DNA of 64,000 bases from Vulcanimicrobiota bacterium (GTDB lineage Bacteria; Vulcanimicrobiota; Xenobia; Xenobiales; JADMJV01), in the NCBI GenBank assembly GCA_050250895.1, contig JBFWNU010000007.1, positions 96,001 to 160,000 on the forward strand, written 5' to 3'. Made by a program: the position numbers and the translations under genes. Positions 1 to 12,002 of the stretch are shown piece after piece. The notes under the pieces were generated by a model. That model had not been told where the DNA came from. It saw only the letters and a program-made list of their open reading frames with translations, and made no database searches. The stretch's first letter is position 1. Each line of letters opens with the position of its first letter.

Positions 1-906
1 ACACGCACCAGGGCGCTGTTGAAGGTGCAGGATGGCTGCGACCAGTTTTGCAGTTTCTGTATCGTGCCGTACGTGCGGGGCCGCAGTCGCAGCCGGCCGG
101 TGGCCGAAGTGGTGGAAGAGGCTCGGCGTCTCGAGCAGCAGGGTTATCAAGAGATCGTGCTGACCGGCATTCATCTCTCCATCTGGGGCCACGACCTGGA
201 GGGCGCGCCGGACCTGGCCGACCTGGTCGAGGCCATTTTGACCGCCACCGAGAGGCCTCGCATTCGCTTGAGCTCGGTCGAGCCCGATCGCTTCCCGGCT
301 CGGATATTCGAGTTGATGACCCAGGCCTCGGGCCGCCTTTGCCCCCATCTGCATCTGGTGCTTCAGCACGCCAGTGACGTCGTGCTCGAGCGCATGCGAA
401 GAGGCTACACGCTGGCCCACTACCGGGGCCTGGTAGACGAGTTTTTCCAGCGCGTGCCCGACGCCTGCCTGACCACCGACCTGATGGTGGGCTTTCCCGG
501 CGAGACCGACCAGGACTTCGCCTGCCTGATGGATTACGTGCGCCAAACACCCTTTTATCGCGTGCACGTATTCCCTTACAGCCTGAGACCGGGGACGACC
601 GCCTCGAAGTTTTCCGACCAGGTGGAACCGGCCGTCAAGAACCATCGGCGCGATCGCTTGCTGCGTCTGGTCGAGAAAAAACGCGTCGAATTCTTGCGCG
701 CTAACTATGGACGCACGGCTCGAGTGCTGGTGGAAACGGTCGAGCGGCCAGGTTGGGTGAAGGGTGTGAGCCACAACTATCTCAACGTGGCTTTTCGGGG
801 CGGGCCGCGGCTGCTGGGTCGGACTCTCGACGTTCGCCTGGAACGGCGCCGTAAAGACCTTCTGGTGGGCAGCCTGGTGGGGGAGGACTTCCCGCGCCCC
901 CATTGA
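1..906 (+). CDS. mtaB: tRNA methylthiotransferase MtaB (radical SAM + TRAM), 5' truncated by window edge
   Basis: Frame open from base 1: TRTRALLKVQDGCDQFCSFC (CxxxCxxC), RGRSRSR, EIVLTGIHL, DLMVGFPGET, HVFPYSLRPGT. Confidence 0.88.
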   Translation, partial: TRTRALLKVQDGCDQFCSFCIVPYVRGRSRSRPVAEVVEEARRLEQQGYQEIVLTGIHLSIWGHDLEGAPDLADLVEAILTATERPRIRLSSVEPDRFPARIFELMTQASGRLCPHLHLVLQHASDVVLERMRRGYTLAHYRGLVDEFFQRVPDACLTTDLMVGFPGETDQDFACLMDYVRQTPFYRVHVFPYSLRPGTTASKFSDQVEPAVKNHRRDRLLRLVEKKRVEFLRANYGRTARVLVETVERPGWVKGVSHNYLNVAFRGGPRLLGRTLDVRLERRRKDLLVGSLVGEDFPRPH

Positions 907-931
907 AGGCACGGCTCTTACGGAGTGAGCT

Positions 932-1807
932 ATGGCGGGTCTGTTCGACAAATTGCGGTCCCATCGTCCGCGGGTTGAGCCTCCTCAGGAGGGCCCTCAA
1001 CGGACGGGCGCGGCACCGACCGATCTCTGGATGAAATGCCGCGAGTGTTCGGCCGTTCTTTACCGAAAGAACTTCGTCGAGAATCTCAAGGTCTGTGAGC
1101 AATGCGGTCATCATGAAAAGATGACCGCTCGCGAGCGTTTGGCTTCGTTGGCCGATCCAGACAGTTTTCAAGAGTGGGACAAAGGCCTGCTAGCCGAAGA
1201 TCCGCTCGAGTTTGGCGAAGAATACCGCGCCAAGCTGGTCGCTGACCGCGAGAAGACGGGTCTCGACGACGCCATCCTGACCGGCAAGATCACCCTCGAC
1301 GGCATGCCCATCGCCCTGGGAATCATGGATTTCCACTTCCGGGGCGGTTCGATGGGCTCGGTGGTGGGCGAGAAGATCTGCCGTCTGCTCGAGCGAGCCG
1401 CTCAAGAGCAGATGCCGGCAGTGGTCGTGACCTGTTCGGGCGGGGCGCGCATGCAAGAGGGCATGCTGAGCCTGATGCAGATGGCCCGCACCTCGGCCGC
1501 CGTGCGTCGCCTGGCGGCGGCCAACCAGCCCTACTTCGTCATCTTGACCGACCCCACCACCGCCGGAGTGGCGGCTTCGTTTGCGTCCCTGGGCGACGTC
1601 ATCATGGCCGAACCCAAGGCCATTATCGGCTTCTCCGGGGCCCGGGTGATCGAGCAGACCATCCGCCAGAAGCTTCCCCCGGGTTTCCAGACCTCCGAGT
1701 TCTATCAAAAGCACGGCTTTATCGACTCGGTCGTGCCGCGACCCGAGCTTCGTCAGGCCCTGATTCGATTGGTAGCCTACTTTGTTCGACCGGTGGTGAA
1801 GGCATGA
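932..1807 (+). CDS. accD: Acetyl-CoA carboxylase carboxyltransferase beta subunit
   Basis: LWMKCREC...CEQC zinc finger, GGSMGSVVGEK, SGGARMQEG, FQTSEF. Confidence 0.97.
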   Translation: MAGLFDKLRSHRPRVEPPQEGPQRTGAAPTDLWMKCRECSAVLYRKNFVENLKVCEQCGHHEKMTARERLASLADPDSFQEWDKGLLAEDPLEFGEEYRAKLVADREKTGLDDAILTGKITLDGMPIALGIMDFHFRGGSMGSVVGEKICRLLERAAQEQMPAVVVTCSGGARMQEGMLSLMQMARTSAAVRRLAAANQPYFVILTDPTTAGVAASFASLGDVIMAEPKAIIGFSGARVIEQTIRQKLPPGFQTSEFYQKHGFIDSVVPRPELRQALIRLVAYFVRPVVKA

Positions 1808-2784
1808 GCATCATTCTTGAAGTCGAAAAGCCTCTGCTCGAACTCGAGAAGAAGATCAAAGAACTCAAAGAGGTCAACTTGACCGGTCAAGTCGACCTCT
1901 CGAGCGAGATACGGCTGCTCGAGCGCAAGGCCGAGCAACTCAAGAAGAGCATCTACGAGAACCTCACCGGATGGGACCGGGTTCAGATTGCCCGTCACGC
2001 GGCCCGGCCCACCACCCAAGAATATATCCAGACCCTGTTCACCGAGTTCACCGAGTTGCACGGAGACCGCTTGCTGGGTGACGACCCGGCCATCGTGGCC
2101 GGGTTGGCCCGCTTCGAGGGGCGAGCATGCGTGGTCATGGGTCACCAGAAGGGCAAAGAGACCAAAGAGAACCTGGCCCGCAATTTTGGTATGCCCAACC
2201 CCGAAGGCTTCCGCAAAGCGGCCCGTCTGATGCGGATGGCGGCCCGTTTTGGCTTTCCGATTTTCACCTTCGTGGATACTCCCGGCGCCTACCCCGGCAT
2301 CGTAGCCGAGGAGCGAGGTCAGTTCGAAGCCATCGCCTCGAGCATCGCGTTGATGACGGAACTGCCGGTGCCGATTTTGACCGTGGTCATCGGCGAGGGC
2401 GGCAGCGGAGGGGCGCTGGGGATCGCCGTCGGCGATCGGGTCTTGATCCTCGAGAACAGCGTCTATTCGGTGATTTCTCCGGAAGGGTGCGCCACGATTT
2501 TGTGGCGCGATGCGGCTAAAGCCAAGGACGCAGCCTGCAAACTGGGACTGACCAGCGATATTCTCAAGCGGTTCGGGTTGGTCGACGAGATCTTGTCCGA
2601 GCCTCTGGGCGGCGCTCACCGCGATCCAGAAGGGGTCATGCGCGGGGTGGGCCAGGCGCTCTCGAAGCATCTGGAAAGCCTGCTCAAGCTCTCTGGGGAA
2701 GAGCTGGTCGAGGGTCGTTACCACAAGTATCGGCAAATGGGGCGGCTGCGCGACGAGAGCCTGGCCGAGGCCCCTTCCAACTGA
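1804..2784 (+). CDS. accA: Acetyl-CoA carboxylase carboxyltransferase alpha subunit
   Basis: ELHGDR, NFGMPNPEGFRKA, DTPGAYPG, GEGGSGGAL, YSVISPEGCA; ATGA overlap with accD. Confidence 0.97.
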   Translation: MSIILEVEKPLLELEKKIKELKEVNLTGQVDLSSEIRLLERKAEQLKKSIYENLTGWDRVQIARHAARPTTQEYIQTLFTEFTELHGDRLLGDDPAIVAGLARFEGRACVVMGHQKGKETKENLARNFGMPNPEGFRKAARLMRMAARFGFPIFTFVDTPGAYPGIVAEERGQFEAIASSIALMTELPVPILTVVIGEGGSGGALGIAVGDRVLILENSVYSVISPEGCATILWRDAAKAKDAACKLGLTSDILKRFGLVDEILSEPLGGAHRDPEGVMRGVGQALSKHLESLLKLSGEELVEGRYHKYRQMGRLRDESLAEAPSN

Positions 2785-4181
2785 TGCTTCGCAAAACCAG
2801 AATCGTCGCTACCATCGGTCCGGCCAGCAGCTCCGAGGAGATGATCGAAAAGCTTCTCGAGGCCGGCATGAATGTTGCCCGCCTCAATTTTTCCCACGGC
2901 ACTCACCACCAGCATGCCGAGGTTTTTGCCCGCCTGCGAAGCATCAGCGAGCGGCTGGGTAAACCGCTGGGCATTTTGCAGGACCTGTGTGGCCCCAAGA
3001 TCCGGCTGGGCGAGATGAAGCCCGACACGCACTTTGGCAACGGGGAACTGGTTCGATTCGTCAGCCACGAAATGGTGGGCGATGCTCATCAGGCCGAGAT
3101 CAGCTACGACGGGCTTTTTCGCGAGGTCAGAGTCGGTGACCGAATCCTTATCGACGACGGCCTGCTCGAGCTGGTGGTCGAAGAGATCGAGGGCGAGGCC
3201 GTGCTGGCCCGGGTCAGGGTCGGCGGACCGGCCCGCTCGCGCAAAGGGGTGAATCTTCCGGGCGTGGCCCTCTCGGTGCCGGCTCTGACCGACAAGGACC
3301 GCGAAGATCTTCGCTTTGGTCTCGAGCTGGGCGTTGACCTGGTGGCTCTGTCTTTCGTGCGCCGGCCCGGCGACCTCGAAGCCGCCCGCGAGGCGATGCG
3401 AGAGGCCGGCCGTCGAGTGCCTTTGATCGTCAAGATCGAAAAGCCCGAGGCCCTGTTGAATCTCGAAGAGATCGTAACCAGAGCCGACGGGGTGATGGTG
3501 GCTCGTGGCGACCTCGGTGTCGAGATGCCCCTGGAAGAGGTGCCGCTCATCCAGAAAAAGCTGATTAACCTCTGTGTGGAAAAGGCTCGACCGGTGATTA
3601 CCGCCACCCAGATGCTCGAGTCCATGGTGGTCTCGGCGCGTCCGACCCGGGCCGAGGTGAACGATGTCGCCAACGCGATTCTCGACGGCACCGATGCGGT
3701 CATGCTCAGCGCCGAGACGGCCACCGGCGCTTATCCCGACCGGGCCGTCGAGGTGATGTCCCGGATCGCCGCCCGCACCGAAGAAAGCCTGGATTGGCTG
3801 TCCATCCACAAGAAGACTCCTCCCAAAGGGCACGCTGTCGAAGCGGTAGCCCTGGCCGCCTGCGAGGTCGCCGAAGAGATTTCAGCTGGCGCCATCCTGG
3901 CTTGCAGCAGTAGCGGTCGCACGGTCCGAGCGATCTCGCGCTACCGGCCTCGAGCTCGCATCCTGGGGATCACCACCGACCCGCAGATCGCCCGTCGTTT
4001 CTCGGTCAGCTGGGGAGTTACTCCGATTGTAGTGTCCGACCACCAGACTACCGATGAACTGATCGAACTGGCCATGGAAGCCGCCCGCCAACACGGGGTG
4101 CCCACCGGCCAACCGGTAGTCATCGCCGCCGGTGTCCCGGTCGGTTCTCCTACCAACATGGTCACCGTCCGCACCCTCTAG
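2784..4181 (+). CDS. pyk: Pyruvate kinase
   Basis: KTRIVATIGPAS, ARLNFSHG, KIEKPEA, DGVMVARGDLGVE, ATQMLESM, DGTDAVMLSAETA. Confidence 0.97.
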   Translation: MLRKTRIVATIGPASSSEEMIEKLLEAGMNVARLNFSHGTHHQHAEVFARLRSISERLGKPLGILQDLCGPKIRLGEMKPDTHFGNGELVRFVSHEMVGDAHQAEISYDGLFREVRVGDRILIDDGLLELVVEEIEGEAVLARVRVGGPARSRKGVNLPGVALSVPALTDKDREDLRFGLELGVDLVALSFVRRPGDLEAAREAMREAGRRVPLIVKIEKPEALLNLEEIVTRADGVMVARGDLGVEMPLEEVPLIQKKLINLCVEKARPVITATQMLESMVVSARPTRAEVNDVANAILDGTDAVMLSAETATGAYPDRAVEVMSRIAARTEESLDWLSIHKKTPPKGHAVEAVALAACEVAEEISAGAILACSSSGRTVRAISRYRPRARILGITTDPQIARRFSVSWGVTPIVVSDHQTTDELIELAMEAARQHGVPTGQPVVIAAGVPVGSPTNMVTVRTL

Positions 4182-4420
4182 CCAGCTGGAAGTGCGACCA
4201 AGCCGAGTACGGCGCCACGAAGTGCCGTCCTCGCGGCGCCTGGCTGGTGGCTCCCGGCCCTCGTGGACCCGGCCAGCAGGCGGACCCTCCGACCCGGCTC
4301 ACCGGTCTTCCGCACGGAAGTAGCCGGCCGGTCTTCCCGCTCTAAACGGCCTGGTCTAAGCGGGCGGTCACGGTAGGGCACGATGGCGGTGGGCGTAAGC
4401 GGGAGTCTTGACGCGGGGGT

Positions 4421-4678
4421 GGGCGCAAACTGGTGCTTTAACGCGGAGTTCAGCGGAGGACGCAAAGGTCGCGGAGGGGGTGCAGGTTTGGGGGAGTAGG
4501 CTCTCTAGCGATTTTTTATGGTGGAGGTCGCTGGGGCTGGAAGGTCGCTACCGGGTAGTGCTAGGCGCGGCCGGTGCCGAAGGACTCCGCGTTCTCCGCG
4601 ATCTCAGCGGTTTTGTAAACGAGGGGGCGTAAACTGGCGTTTTAACGCGGAGTTCAGCGGAGGGCGCAAAGGTCGCGG
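4421..4678. repeat. Two 54-bp imperfect direct repeats (4421-4474, 4625-4678) with a partly complementary copy between them; REP-like intergenic element
   Basis: gggcgcaaactggtgctttaacgcggagttcagcggaggacgcaaaggtcgcgg versus gggcgtaaactggcgttttaacgcggagttcagcggagggcgcaaaggtcgcgg; actccgcgtt near 4584 is complementary to aacgcggagt. Confidence 0.75.
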
Positions 4679-4936
4679 TAGAGGCGCCGCCGGCCAGTTG
4701 GTGCGCCCGTGGTTAGCGCCGTGCTCGGGCGAGTTTGCTCTTCCGTGCTTGAGAGCTTGAGAGTGGTCTCCATATTGATCGGGATCGGGCACCCACCGTG
4801 CCATCGCCGCTTTGTGCCCCGTTCGCGGGTTGCGCGCCGTACACTTCTGATCTCCGCGGTTTATTTCTCAGGCGCCCCACTGGCGAGGTCACCCAGTCGG
4901 CCGATTCGACCTGGTGCGCCCCTGGCCAACCCCACC

Positions 4937-4975
4937 AAAGAAAAGTGGGGCGGCCAGAATCGCTCCAGCCACCCC

Positions 4976-4978
<3 letters not shown>
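4937..4978 (-). terminator. Probable intrinsic terminator of katG
   Basis: Arms agtgggg/ccccact with inner pairing, followed by TTTTCTTT on the minus strand, about 30 bp past the katG stop. Confidence 0.65.
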
Positions 4979-8144
<3,166 letters not shown>

Positions 8145-8147
8145 ACG

Positions 8148-8170
8148 AAAAAGCCCCCCTGCGAGGGCTT
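8148..8170 (-). terminator. Hairpin terminator between oxyR and tRNA-Leu
   Basis: AAGCCC...GGGCTT stem with a T-run on the minus strand. Confidence 0.6.
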
Positions 8171-8174
8171 GAAG

Positions 8175-8261
<87 letters not shown>

Positions 8262-8268
8262 GAGTGGT

Positions 8269-8682
8269 CTAGGGGCGGCCTTTCCCGCCGCCGCGCCCTC
8301 CGCGCTTGGCTTCCGTGTTGCGCTTGACGTCGAGCAGTCGCTCTTCGCTCTCGCGCTTCCACTTGCTCAGCATGTCCTCGAAGCCGGCCGGTTCTTTTTC
8401 TACAGGGCCCTTGCGTGGCCTGGGCGGGCGGGGGGGCGGCGGGGTCCCGCCAGCCACCTGTTTGATGGAAAGATCATACTTCCCTTTGTCGTTAAGGCTT
8501 AACACCCGCACCTGGACGGCCTGATTCTCGGCCACGAAGTTGCGGATGTCGGTGACATACTCGTCGGCGATTTCGGAGATGTGGACCAGTCCGGTCTGCC
8601 CGTCTGGAAGTTTGACAAAAGCCCCAAATTTGGTGACTCCGGTCACGGTACCTTCCACCACGGACCCTACCTCGACGGCCAT
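8269..8682 (-). CDS. S1 RNA-binding domain protein (YabR/YugI-like)
   Basis: VEGTVTGVTKFGAFVKL...GLVHISEIADEYV...LSIKQ, FEDMLSKW...SEERL; follows DivIC gene as in Bacillus. Confidence 0.9.
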   Translation of the reverse strand: MAVEVGSVVEGTVTGVTKFGAFVKLPDGQTGLVHISEIADEYVTDIRNFVAENQAVQVRVLSLNDKGKYDLSIKQVAGGTPPPPRPPRPRKGPVEKEPAGFEDMLSKWKRESEERLLDVKRNTEAKRGGRGGGKGRP

Positions 8683-8741
8683 CGACGCAATCCTCCTACA
8701 AGTTCACGCCGTCAAATTATACTCTCGGCTTCAGAGGAGTG

Positions 8742-9185
8742 TCAATTGGAGGGCTTGGTTGCGGGCGTCGGTGCATCGAACATGCGGTCGAGCACCTGCT
8801 GCACCAGACCGGGGGCGTCCTCTTCGATGGGCTCGGGAATGACCGTCTCGTAGACGGTGCGCACCGGGGCCGAGGGAACCACCACGTAAGCCAGTTCGCC
8901 GGGCTTGATGAGACCGAGCTTGTCGCGGGCGATCTCTTCGACCCCTTCGTTGGTCTTGAGGTGGCGAACCAGGGCTCGCAACTGGCGGTTTTGCTCGGCC
9001 AGTTGGCGATTGTTTTCGCGGGACTGATGAAGCTCGGCCAGTTTTTCTTTGTACTCGACCTGGCGACCGCGGCAAAGCTGATAGAGCTGATAGCCGCTGG
9101 CTGCGATCACCAGCAAGAGGGCCAGGCTCATCAAAGAGCCGGCGATAAGGTTAGAGCGAGTTTCGTTCTCATCCGGTCTAGTCAT
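8742..9185 (-). CDS. Septum formation initiator, FtsB/DivIC family
   Basis: One TM helix, coiled coil, VEEIARDKLGLIKPGE signature. Confidence 0.85.
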   Translation of the reverse strand: MTRPDENETRSNLIAGSLMSLALLLVIAASGYQLYQLCRGRQVEYKEKLAELHQSRENNRQLAEQNRQLRALVRHLKTNEGVEEIARDKLGLIKPGELAYVVVPSAPVRTVYETVIPEPIEEDAPGLVQQVLDRMFDAPTPATKPSN

Positions 9186-9367
9186 TGTTGAGATTTTTTC
9201 TAGCTCGAACGGATGCTCCCTGCCTGCTAGTGCAAGGGTTTCAGTCTGGTTTCAGTCCGGTCGAGTAGAGTGGAGACGGTGGCGAAGTTTGTTAAAAGAT
9301 TGTTAACCGTGTCCGAGAGTGCGACGGCTGGGATTAACGGTCCTGGTAGCCACTTCGAGGGGAGGAT

Positions 9368-9700
9368 GTGACGTTGCAAGCTGGTTTGATGAACGGCACC
9401 GACGATCACGAGAAGGCTCGCTGGGTTCGCTACGGTTGTGAGCACGCCATCGTGTGCGACGACCAGGCCGTGACGGGGCTCGACGTAAGCGTGGGCGGAA
9501 TGCGATTGCGGGCCAATTCAGCGTTCGAGGTCGACCAGCGCCTCACCCTGACGCGTCCCGACGCTGAAGAGCCGGTCGAAGTCGAGTGCCGGGTGGTCTG
9601 GACTGGCCCGAGCAACGGCGAGGTCACCGAAGTGGGGGTCGCCTATGTGGACACTCCCAGTCGGGTCAAGAAGTGGGTCTACTCACTCATTTTCGCTTAG
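9368..9700 (+). CDS. Single PilZ-domain protein
   Basis: DVSVGGM, ECRVVW, EVGVAY; GGAGG upstream; RxxxR motif imperfect. Confidence 0.75.
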   Translation: MTLQAGLMNGTDDHEKARWVRYGCEHAIVCDDQAVTGLDVSVGGMRLRANSAFEVDQRLTLTRPDAEEPVEVECRVVWTGPSNGEVTEVGVAYVDTPSRVKKWVYSLIFA

Positions 9701-9704
9701 GGCG

Positions 9705-10184
9705 TTAGTTCCAGTCCTCGAGGCGTAGATACCAGTGTCCTCCCAGGGCCTTGTGTATGATTTCATGGCCTACGTCTTCAGGCATTTCCAGGCTATATAG
9801 GTAGCTCTCGCGGCTAGCCGCCCGGTCGAGGGCGAACTCAGCCAGGCATATCTTGCCGTCCTGGTAGTCGAGGTTGAGCCACAACACTCGCGGTCGGTCG
9901 CCACCTAGAGCTGTCGTAATCTGGTCGAAGTCGGTCTGGGCCTGAGGGTCGAAGGGACCGACGGGGCCGGTGAAAAGGTTGCAGGTGGAAGGATGGGTGC
10001 TCTGGGAAAAATTGCCACGGTGGTAAGCCAGATTGCGACACCAATCCTGATTGCGATAAGCTCTGACCTCGAGTGACGCCAAGGTGGGAAAAAGGCCTTC
10101 GAGGTGCTGGATGCGTTCGGCATGGCTGGCCCCGGGGGCACAACCGACCAGACCGAGCAGCAAGGTGATTAACAGCCAGCGCAT
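9705..10184 (-). CDS. Hypothetical lipoprotein
   Basis: Signal peptide with lipobox LVGC. Confidence 0.6.
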   Translation of the reverse strand: MRWLLITLLLGLVGCAPGASHAERIQHLEGLFPTLASLEVRAYRNQDWCRNLAYHRGNFSQSTHPSTCNLFTGPVGPFDPQAQTDFDQITTALGGDRPRVLWLNLDYQDGKICLAEFALDRAASRESYLYSLEMPEDVGHEIIHKALGGHWYLRLEDWN

Positions 10185-10247
10185 CTTCGCTAGAAGTTCG
10201 CTCGGGAGTCGGAAGGGGCCTTTGACCGCCCCGAGGAACCACAGCCG

Positions 10248-10733
10248 ATGTTACGATGGCTTGCCGCTTTACTTGTATTGTGTTGTCTTCCGGCCGTGGC
10301 TGAACCCAAGAATTACGAGCAGTTGGGCTTCGAGATCGAACTCGCTCCGGGGTGGGTCGAGCGCGAGGTCAGCCTGGAAGAGGGTCTGGTTCTGGCCGCT
10401 GGCGACGGGGGGGCGGCGCTGGTCGTTCTCCCGGTCGAGGGTGAACTCGATCCGGCGGTCTTTGACGACGAGGCCGAGGTCGAGAAGCTGGCTGCCGAGT
10501 TTGCCGGGGGTCACGAAATCACCGAGAAGAAGAAGCTCGAACTGGCCGGTCGCAGAGCGCTGTCAGTCTCGTTTATCGACGCTCCCGAGGGCGAGCCGGC
10601 CGGGCGCGGCCTGGTGATCATCGTGGCCGGTCCCAGCATCTGGGTGATGTCTTCGTTTATGGAAGAGGGTCGCTACCAGGCTGTCCTGCCCGAAGTCGAA
10701 AAGATGCTGACCACCTTCAAGCCCACCCGTTAG
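10248..10733 (+). CDS. Exported protein, possibly PsbP/DcrB-like fold
   Basis: Signal peptide; GFEIELAPGW start and EKMLTTFK end typical of this fold. Confidence 0.55.
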   Translation: MLRWLAALLVLCCLPAVAEPKNYEQLGFEIELAPGWVEREVSLEEGLVLAAGDGGAALVVLPVEGELDPAVFDDEAEVEKLAAEFAGGHEITEKKKLELAGRRALSVSFIDAPEGEPAGRGLVIIVAGPSIWVMSSFMEEGRYQAVLPEVEKMLTTFKPTR

Positions 10734-10790
10734 TGGAGAAGTTTACAACTCGTCTGCCTGGCCCGGTCGGGGCCGAGATACCATCGGTCC

Positions 10791-12002
10791 GTGCACATCC
10801 AAGCGCGGCAACCCTTCTGGCAAGCTTGTCAGGCCCGTCCGAGCCTTCGCTCGACCTCATCGCGAGATAGCTTCCGGCCATCCGAGGCGGGCTCTGGCCC
10901 CATCTACACGCCGAATCTGTTCCCGGTGGATCGCGACTACCGGGCCAAATTGCCGTTGCTCGAGCGCCTGACCTCTTTGGACAACATCGACCCGATCGCT
11001 CGCGAGACCATCTGCCGGGACCTGTCGGTCTTGCCGCGGTCTGTGTTAGCACTGCTGGCCGACGATGGCCTCAAGGTGGTGGCCGTGGCCCCGGGGCAAG
11101 AACTGGCCGACAGTGGCTACTTTACCGCACCCACACCCCAGGCTTATGGCCAGATGCTCGATCGGGGCCGCGGCTTGTTCGAGCAAGAAGTGGCCGCCGT
11201 CAAGGCCGAGCGAGCTCCCTCGGCTGATGACTCGGACTCTTTCGCCGTAGCCATGGCCGCCTACTGGTCGGTGCAAGAGCTAAGCGAGCGTCTGGGCAAG
11301 AGGTTTGCCGAAGAGAAGCTAGATTTCACCACGGTCCTCTGCCGTGAAGGTCGGTCGTTTCAAGAGTTGGCGGGTTCGAAAGCGGTCGAGTCTCCGCTCG
11401 AGCGCCAGGCTTTTCGCCAGGCCCTCGAGCGCCTCAACGGAGCCAACCTGACCATGGATGGCGACCGCTTGACCGCCGCCGAGGGGATTCTGGCGGTGCC
11501 GTATGTCTATCATAAGGGCCGCCCCATCCCGGAGTCCCTCCAGAAGCTCTCGCGCGTCAAGAACGCCAACTACGTCGAGGCGGCCCTGGGCATCCACAAC
11601 AGCGAGGAACGGGTCATCATTCTGCATTCGACCTATGTGGTCGACCCGGCCGAGGAGGTCGGGCATTATCGGGTGGCCATCCATGAGCTCGGCCACGCCA
11701 TCGACCATGCCCTCGAGCGGGCCCTGGGGCCTGAGCATCGCCAAGCCATCGATGGTTTCTTTGCCGAGGACAAGTTGGCCGGTCGCTTTCTCACCGAGCG
11801 GGCCTCGGATAATGTGCGCGAGTACTTTGCCGAGGCCATCGAGGCTTTCTTTACGCTGCCCCAGCCCGACGGTTTCGATGGTTACAAGACAGCCAACAAT
11901 CGGCTCGAACTCAAGCGCCAGCGACCCGAGTTATTCGCCTATCTCGAGCAGGCTTTCGCCAGGCTCTCAGACGGGCCAACGTCGCGTGAGGCAGTCGGAT
12001 AG
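10791..12002 (+). CDS. Zinc metallopeptidase, anthrax lethal factor/MtfA-like
   Basis: VAIHELGHAIDH (HExxH), REYFAEAIEAFF, LKRQRPELFAYL. Confidence 0.75.
   Translation: MHIQARQPFWQACQARPSLRSTSSRDSFRPSEAGSGPIYTPNLFPVDRDYRAKLPLLERLTSLDNIDPIARETICRDLSVLPRSVLALLADDGLKVVAVAPGQELADSGYFTAPTPQAYGQMLDRGRGLFEQEVAAVKAERAPSADDSDSFAVAMAAYWSVQELSERLGKRFAEEKLDFTTVLCREGRSFQELAGSKAVESPLERQAFRQALERLNGANLTMDGDRLTAAEGILAVPYVYHKGRPIPESLQKLSRVKNANYVEAALGIHNSEERVIILHSTYVVDPAEEVGHYRVAIHELGHAIDHALERALGPEHRQAIDGFFAEDKLAGRFLTERASDNVREYFAEAIEAFFTLPQPDGFDGYKTANNRLELKRQRPELFAYLEQAFARLSDGPTSREAVG

Noticed and set aside
4421-4474. GCAAAC...GGACGCAAAG words resembling a c-di-GMP-I riboswitch
   Set aside because: No GNRA loop or downstream receptor stem recognisable, and no plus-strand gene follows; an Rfam scan would settle it
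4421-4678. Repeats as a CRISPR array
   Set aside because: Only two copies, 54 bp long, 150-bp spacer, no cas genes
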